From assembly GCA_000165425.1 (NCBI GenBank), contig CT868241.1, positions 186,001 to 250,000 of the forward strand: a stretch of DNA of 64,000 nucleotides, read 5' to 3'. This document shows positions 54,145-64,000 of the stretch, one piece after another. Positions within the stretch are counted from its first letter, which is position 1. Each line of letters starts with the position of its first letter. The notes below the pieces were generated by a model, which saw nothing but the letters and a program-made list of their open reading frames with translations, was not told where the DNA came from and did not search any database. Position numbers and translations under genes: made by a program. The DNA comes from Paramecium tetraurelia. Taxonomy: Eukaryota.

Positions 54145-54158
54145 TATAAAATTAATTA

Positions 54159-54900
54159 ATGTCTAATTTTACAAATGCTAAACCATAAAGAAAATATAGA
54201 GAAAGATCATAACCTGTAAATGCAAATCATATGAATTAAATAGACAGCTAGATAATCTCTAGGTATTTTAGAAAAGCATGGTGATTATAAAAAGAGAGCT
54301 ATAAATTATTAAAGAAAGAAAGAATAATTACAAAAATTGTAATTGAAGGCTGCTCTACGAAATAAAGATGAGTTTAATTTTAGAATGCTTAAGAGCAAAG
54401 TTAAGGATGGCATAGTGTATGAAGATTAAAATGAGAGCAGCGGAGACGAATAAGAAATCCTTAAATAAATTAAAACTTAAAATTAAAATTTACTTAAAGC
54501 GTCTATTTAACAAAAAGAAAAAGTAATAGATTTATCTATTCAATTAATAGTTAACTGAAAAGCTCAAGTAAGATTTAGCCATGGTATAATTTGAGTAACC
54601 AACACACAAATTCTTTTTGAAAGAAGCTAGAAAAAAGAGTTTTGATTAAGTTGAAGACAAAATACAGGTCGAAGCATAATAATCTGCTCCAAGTTTTGAA
54701 TTAGCTTAAAAGATAACTAAGTTAACTGAGACATTGTATGAGAAGGAGAGAATGAAACGCTTTTATGTGGCTATTACAAAATCTAAAACTAAAGTAAATT
54801 TATATCATTCATTATTTAGGATAATGTTACAGCAAAGCCACATTAAAGAAAAAGAATCAAGAAAGGCAAAGGAAAAGGATTGTTTGAGAGAAGTAGATGA
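54159..54900 (+). CDS. UTP11: U3 snoRNP-associated protein 11
   Basis: RKYRERSQP..LGILEKHGDYKKRAINY..KAALRNKDEFNFRM; C-terminal FERSR; three introns. Confidence 0.9.
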
Positions 54901-54931
54901 TAATTATATGATAATTTTGGTTATAAACTGA

Positions 54932-56045
54932 TCAAATTCTTCTTATGTCAATTACATTTTCATCATATTTTGACCCTTAGAAAACTTCATCTTAAAAGTC
55001 TTTATGAGATTCTATTATCAAAGGATTGCACCTCATCCAGTTATCTACATCAGCAATTTTCCAAACTTAAGGAACACAATTTCTCATCCATTCCATATAT
55101 GTTTCTAATTAAAATTTAGAAACCTTTCTATATGAATCCCGTCTTTGCTTCTTTTTTGGAGGCATTTCACATTCTGACTCAAATAAAACAAGATGATTAT
55201 ATGAGTAATTGTCATTTGTTTCCATTAGCTCTTATCCATTTTGCTTGATAAGTTTTAATCTCATTGGAGATTATATTCTTAGTAAACATCGAACTAACAC
55301 CTTTTTATAGTCATCATATAATTTATCTCCTTACTCTTTTGTCTTAAAATTGCTGGGATCTTGTAAACTCAATGGTGTAAATACAACACAACCTAATTTA
55401 TCTAAATCATTATAATAATGATATTAAGATTTAGGGAGATTTTCAGACCTGATTGTCGATAAACCTCTAACCATCACTTGATCAACGAAAAACCCCTGAT
55501 AAGGAAATGGTTGTCCTGATGTCACTGAAAAATCTTCAAAAGCTACAACTCTTTCTCCTCTCATTTTTAATTTTTCCAAAGCTTCTAAAGTCTTTTCAGC
55601 AAATCCTTTTTCACAATATTCATTTAAATATGTTTCATCAGCCACTTCCATAGACATCAAAAATCCTTAATACATCTTAATTAAATGGGTTTGAAGGGTT
55701 TTCTCCCTGATTTCATTCTCATTTAGAATTTGTTAAAAAAGAAAAGAATCCTTAGTTTCTGGAATTTAGTCTATCCCTTCAAAATTGTAAGGAATATCTG
55801 CATCTGGAGAAGGAATAGCTAAAGATTTTTCCTTTGCTTCTTACAGCATTTTCTAAACTTGTGAACATTATATATACTTCATACAATCCCATAGATATTT
55901 ACCCAGTCTTTGTTCTGTAAATCTTTGGTGTATTACTAGATTTAGAAGAAGCAGCTAATGGATCTTGGATAATCTCTTTCTGCAAGAATGTACGACTAAA
56001 TCGAGGAATAAGCATCCTCATAGTATGAGGAGAAAATATTTTCAT
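54932..56045 (-). CDS. Probable mitochondrial protein (possible Tim44-like fold)
   Basis: Presequence-like MKIFSPHTMRMLIPRFSRTF; C-terminal HLVLFESE..WKIADVDNWMRCNPL; several tiny introns; fold call tentative. Confidence 0.55.
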
Positions 56046-56513
56046 TATTAAATTTATATTCACAAATACTATTTAATCTATTTATAACTATTCATTAATA
56101 TAGCACTCTATTTTTGATATGATAAAAATTATCTTATTATTATCCTCAACTAGAGATGTAAATATAGAAAATATATTTGATATTATAATGATTTATCAGG
56201 TTTCTATAAAATGAAATTAGTTTATTAAAAGTAATAATGTTATACAATTATCATCATATTTATTTGAAAATGATCATAATTATATAATTTCCGAATTACT
56301 CAACTAAAAAATGAAATATAGGAAGGTTATAAAATAGGATAGGGAAATTATTATTTTGCATCAGTAGATAATGAAATAGAAAATGCTAGAAATACATTTT
56401 ATGAAACTAGATGAGGATTGATAAGATTTTATAAATAGTTTGGATTAAGTAAAATTCGTAGAAAAATTAGAAAATATTCTGATAAAGATATATGATTATT
56501 AATCAAATTCATC

Positions 56514-59199
56514 TCATATTTTTTTGTATTACTCGAAAAGTCTAATTATCTAAATGATAAGTGAAATATATGTTACTTTAGTTTATTTTAAATGCCTGGA
56601 CATATCAAGGGGAGTAATACTAGATTAATCCATAATGTATGGATCTGCACCATTCTATAATAACCTAGATTATTAAATTATTATATTATACCATTCTACA
56701 AAGTCCCAATTACCCTTGACAACTGCAACATGCAGAGGAGTGATTCCATCATAGTTTTACGAATTTACATCATTTGAAGAATAGACAAAATGAGATTACT
56801 TTATCATCATAATTCTATTTTTTCGGACTGCTTCAAATAAAAAATCCACCTTAATCTTATTTGAAGGAGCAGGAATTCTTAGACTTTAGATTCCTTTAGT
56901 AGTAGGAGTAGAGGCTCCTGTGCTTAAGAGAAAGCTTTTCTTTTCTGCGTTTTTACGTGTGTTTTCTTCAGTTTTTATACTACTAAAATTGATTTGATCT
57001 TTAGCTATTGTTTTACATCTTTCAAGTTATTTGTTCAAATAAAAATAAGAAACCTATTAATCTTATCCTAATTCAATTTAATGAATCATATTTTCACAAT
57101 TATCTTTGAATAAATAATAGATTTGTTTCCTTCTTTCCTCTAATTTTTACCTTAGTTTCTTTTCTCTAAATAATGATCTCAATTTTCTCTAGATCATGAT
57201 TGCTGCTCTTACTTCCCTTTATGTAGGTTAATAATTAGGACTTTTCCAATGTTCTAACTCAGGTTGATTGGGAGGTCCACCAGAATAAAATTTTAAAAAG
57301 TTTTTTCTTTGCCTCAAAGCAGGATGACTCTTTAAGCCTAATTTAAACTTCTCTTATTCTGATTTGTTGTATTAAGCATAGATTGGATTGATGTAAGCTA
57401 ATTCGTTATCTTCACATTCAAGTTTTTTGTCAATTAATAACTTTGTTGAAGGGTGAAAAACATGTCTTTTGATATTTTAAGTGAATTATACACCAATAGT
57501 ACTTTTAGGTCTAGCCATTTACTTTATATATTCCTGTCTTTTATTTTTTTCATTTTTCAATCTTGGACTTTAAGGTTGAATTTATTTTGAACTTGCTATT
57601 TATTATTTAGATGGATAATTTTAATATAAATTGTCCTCATCATTCATATCAACATATTATCTCTTCCTCTCTTTTTCAAAAACATAGTCATACAATTTTG
57701 TAATGAACTGTCTCTCAGTAATCCTACCCATTAAATAATCTTTCAATTGAGTTGCTCCTGGAACTTCACTAGGAATCTTTTCTTCGAACTTCCCAGTCCT
57801 TTCCATATGCTTAACTACTGTTTTGCACACTTTTATATATTTTCTATTTAACTCCATATTATATTCATCAATCGATTGTTTTTACAATCTTTTCTCTCTC
57901 TATGCTAATTTCAATTTCGTTTTTTCTATTTTCATTCTGATGTATTGCAATCTGGCATTAATTGTAGAAGATTTCATTTCTCCATAGTCTTTTAAAATTT
58001 ATTCGGCCAATGACAATTCCATATTGAATAACAAATCTGGGTTTACTTAATTGGCTGCTCTCTAAAAGAAGTCTTTATCCAAACAAGCATTCAGCAATTC
58101 ACTAGTATTGGCCAAAAATTGTAACTCTTAGGCTGTCAGAAATTCTCCATCTGTATATTTGTTAAGAATGTGTTCTCTTTATTATTTTTTTTTCTCATTT
58201 AATGTCATCTATTATAGAATAGGCAAGAATCCTAAATCATTCCAATTAGAACATGCTATTTCATTTCTAAAAATATTGTGAACTATAGAATTACGTAAAT
58301 AATTGTTTAGTTTAACTTCTTTACTTAGTAAATACTTTCTCCTATTAATTATTCCAAACCACTTGATATTATGATTGTTTTTATCCTTCATCATTGAAAT
58401 TGTCAAATTGCTATGTCATCTGTCTATTCGTTCTCTCTTTTATGTGTTTCAATCTATCTTATCCCAATGACTTTAAAAAATGAAATTCATTAGAATGACC
58501 ATACTTTTCCATATTCTCAAATATATGACGTGTTGTAATCACTTACACATTTTTTAGCATTAAATGCTTATTTTAAGTTTTGGCAGCCATTTGCTGATTC
58601 TCATAATCGTTTAATTTGTCTACTACAATTTATCTTAATTTATTTTTTAATTGCTCGTATTTTGTTTTCAATTATAACCATTTAAAGTGCTTTTTTGTTT
58701 AATTATTAATCTTCTCCTTTTTCATCTATTGGTCAGTCTCTTTATACTTTTGTTCTTTTAGAATAATCTTATCAGACCAGTTTTTTAACAATGTATCAAT
58801 GGTACTATTCATTTAAAGCTTAATGTATTCACTTGCTTATTAGGTAAAAATTACTGTCTTTCTGAAGATGTCTTTAGCTAATTTAATTGGGTAGGATTGA
58901 TATCAAACGCCTTCAGGATGCTAATTACATTATGTGAATGAAAACCTTTGACTCAGCCTGTTTAAAGGTTATCCTAAGCTTTAGAAAGCATTAGTCATTT
59001 GTAATCCTTAGACTGCTGTCTAAATAAGGATTGTTCCAAAGGCTGTAGTTGTATTACTGAATTCTGGATCTCCTTGTTACTCTTCAAATTATTTGAACTT
59101 TTCATCAATCTCTTTAAAATTATCATACTCATATTTAGGCACTGGTGCTTTTATTTTGTTTAATCTCTCCCAGGTTTTTATCGATTTATATTTTTGCAT
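56514..59199 (-). CDS. IQ-motif and C-terminal ankyrin-repeat protein
   Basis: IQ: AAIMIQRKLRSLFREK; ankyrins DGITPLHVAVVKGNWDFVEWLLQNGADP and ITPLD; coiled-coil N-terminal half. Confidence 0.8.
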
Positions 59200-59696
59200 A
59201 AATCAATTAATAATTAATATTTTTCCATTTTAATATTCAATTCAGATAGCCTTGAATTAATATCTATAAAATTACTGAATATTATCATTCTTCCCGCTCT
59301 CCTTCCAATAAGAATCTTTTGAATTTTTATTATATCATAATTCAATTCAAAGTGAATTATCAATTAATAAGGATAGTACAATAATACTAAATATTTATGT
59401 TACTACATTATTGTATTATTTTATATAGATACTTTCAAAAAAGAGCAATCCTTTTTTAATACTAAAATATTTTTTACTTATTAATCGTTTTTCATTTTAA
59501 TTCATTAAATTTAAATAATTACTAAAAATACCATTAACTACTTTTATTGAAAATAAATAAATCATTTAGACTAATAAAAGATTTTAATGAACAAAAATAC
59601 AAAATATTATGAATAATAGAAGAGATTTAGAAACATAATAGCATCCATAGATTGGGTTGTGAAAAAATTTTATATTATACTTATTAAATCTACTTC

Positions 59697-62848
<3,152 letters not shown>

Positions 62849-63010
62849 AAATTTTTTAATAAAATTAGAATTTAATATAGTTGATATTTAAACAATTATA
62901 AATCAAGGTTTTCTTACTTTTTCTATAAGATTTTAATTATTCAATTGATCAACCCCAATATAAAAATGTTATATCAAATAAATTAAAATTTATGTGATAA
63001 TAAATTTAAT

Positions 63011-63992
63011 ATGAATTATAATTATTATCGAACTCAACACGATAATTTAAGAGTGATACATTAGAATTCACTCTCTGTTGGGAAATTGAAAAAGGGAATT
63101 GTATTTCAGAATTATCCTTTCAATCCAGTTTAGGGTTATAACTCAACATTTTAGGTGCGTCCACAAACATCTTAAACCTAACCTGTCAAGAAACCCTCCA
63201 CTGCTTAAGTGATAATAAATAAATAACCAAATAGTCGATTCGCCATGTTCCGAGAGCCGCAACTTCTCAGAGTCAGCGGTAACCTAATATGCTCTTTTCA
63301 GAGTAACCTAATAATCTTGAGATGGAGACAAAGCCAAGTAAGAGATTTATGAAGATATACTTTATGAAAAGTAATCTCGCCTGCCTAATTTAGCCAACTA
63401 TCGAACAATTCTACACAATCTCATGAATAATAAAGTTAAGGCACTCCCCCCTGGAGACAGGAGGAGACTATCCGTACTTAACATAGTGTAAGACAAGTTT
63501 AAAGAACTTACTATCTCAGAGATTAATCTCTTGATCTGTCAACACGAACTCTCTGAAAAGTTCTATATCTATTTTTCAGGTACAAACCACCATCTAACTT
63601 TAGATTCTGAATGGATTCCATGCAGCAAATGTTGTCAATCACCAATATTCTTGGTTTTAAGTCCACAAGCACAAAAAACAGACATATTTTGCTGTCAATG
63701 TTCTCGAAATCTATAAAATCCCCCTTAATCAGCCTTTTAGAGCACTACGCTCATTCCTAAACAATCATTTTCACAATATGGCCATTCATTGTAGGAGCAG
63801 AAGGAAAGACAAAAGGTGAGCAGGATGATAATATCAGGAAAATATCGAAAGGTTAACTTGAAGGAAATATATAATGAAGTCTAAGAACCTTAGCAAAAGG
63901 AAGAATCTTTCAATATTGAATTCCCTGTCAAAGAGAAACAATAAGAGAGCACTATTTTAGAGTTGAAAGACTTAATTAATGAATTATTCTGA
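63011..63992 (+). CDS. Hypothetical protein with a Cys cluster
   Basis: Open frame in ciliate code with one intron ~63209-63234; CSKCC..FCCQC; TGA 63990-63992. Confidence 0.6.
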
Positions 63993-64000
63993 TTTAATTA

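Overview
AT-rich, very gene-dense ciliate macronuclear DNA, most consistent with Paramecium. Genes read through TAA/TAG as Gln, stop only at TGA, and carry ~20-31 nt GT..AG introns; trichocyst matrix and epiplasmin genes are present. The supplied ORF track uses the standard code, so it fragments the real genes and adds antisense artefacts. Hand retranslation with the ciliate code gives about 35 genes or remnants, including beta-adaptin, a sirtuin, delta-COP, two trichocyst matrix proteins, RPS15A, RPS13, acyl-CoA oxidase, aquaporin, a RING protein, cyclin, epiplasmin, a metallophosphoesterase, a glutamine amidotransferase, a dual-specificity phosphatase, an LRR-ankyrin protein, SAP18, a TPR-SET methyltransferase, TTC27-like, UTP11 and a USP deubiquitinase. 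I saw no tRNA, rRNA, CRISPR, transposon or telomere. The strongest leads are rearranged vesicle-coat proteins (a VHS/coiled-coil/alpha-adaptin-ear fusion, an earless beta-adaptin, a delta-COP lacking its mu-homology domain), an intronless bacterial-type sirtuin, a phosphoesterase with altered metal ligands, and 14-bp gene spacers. All family calls are by manual motif recognition; no searches were run.
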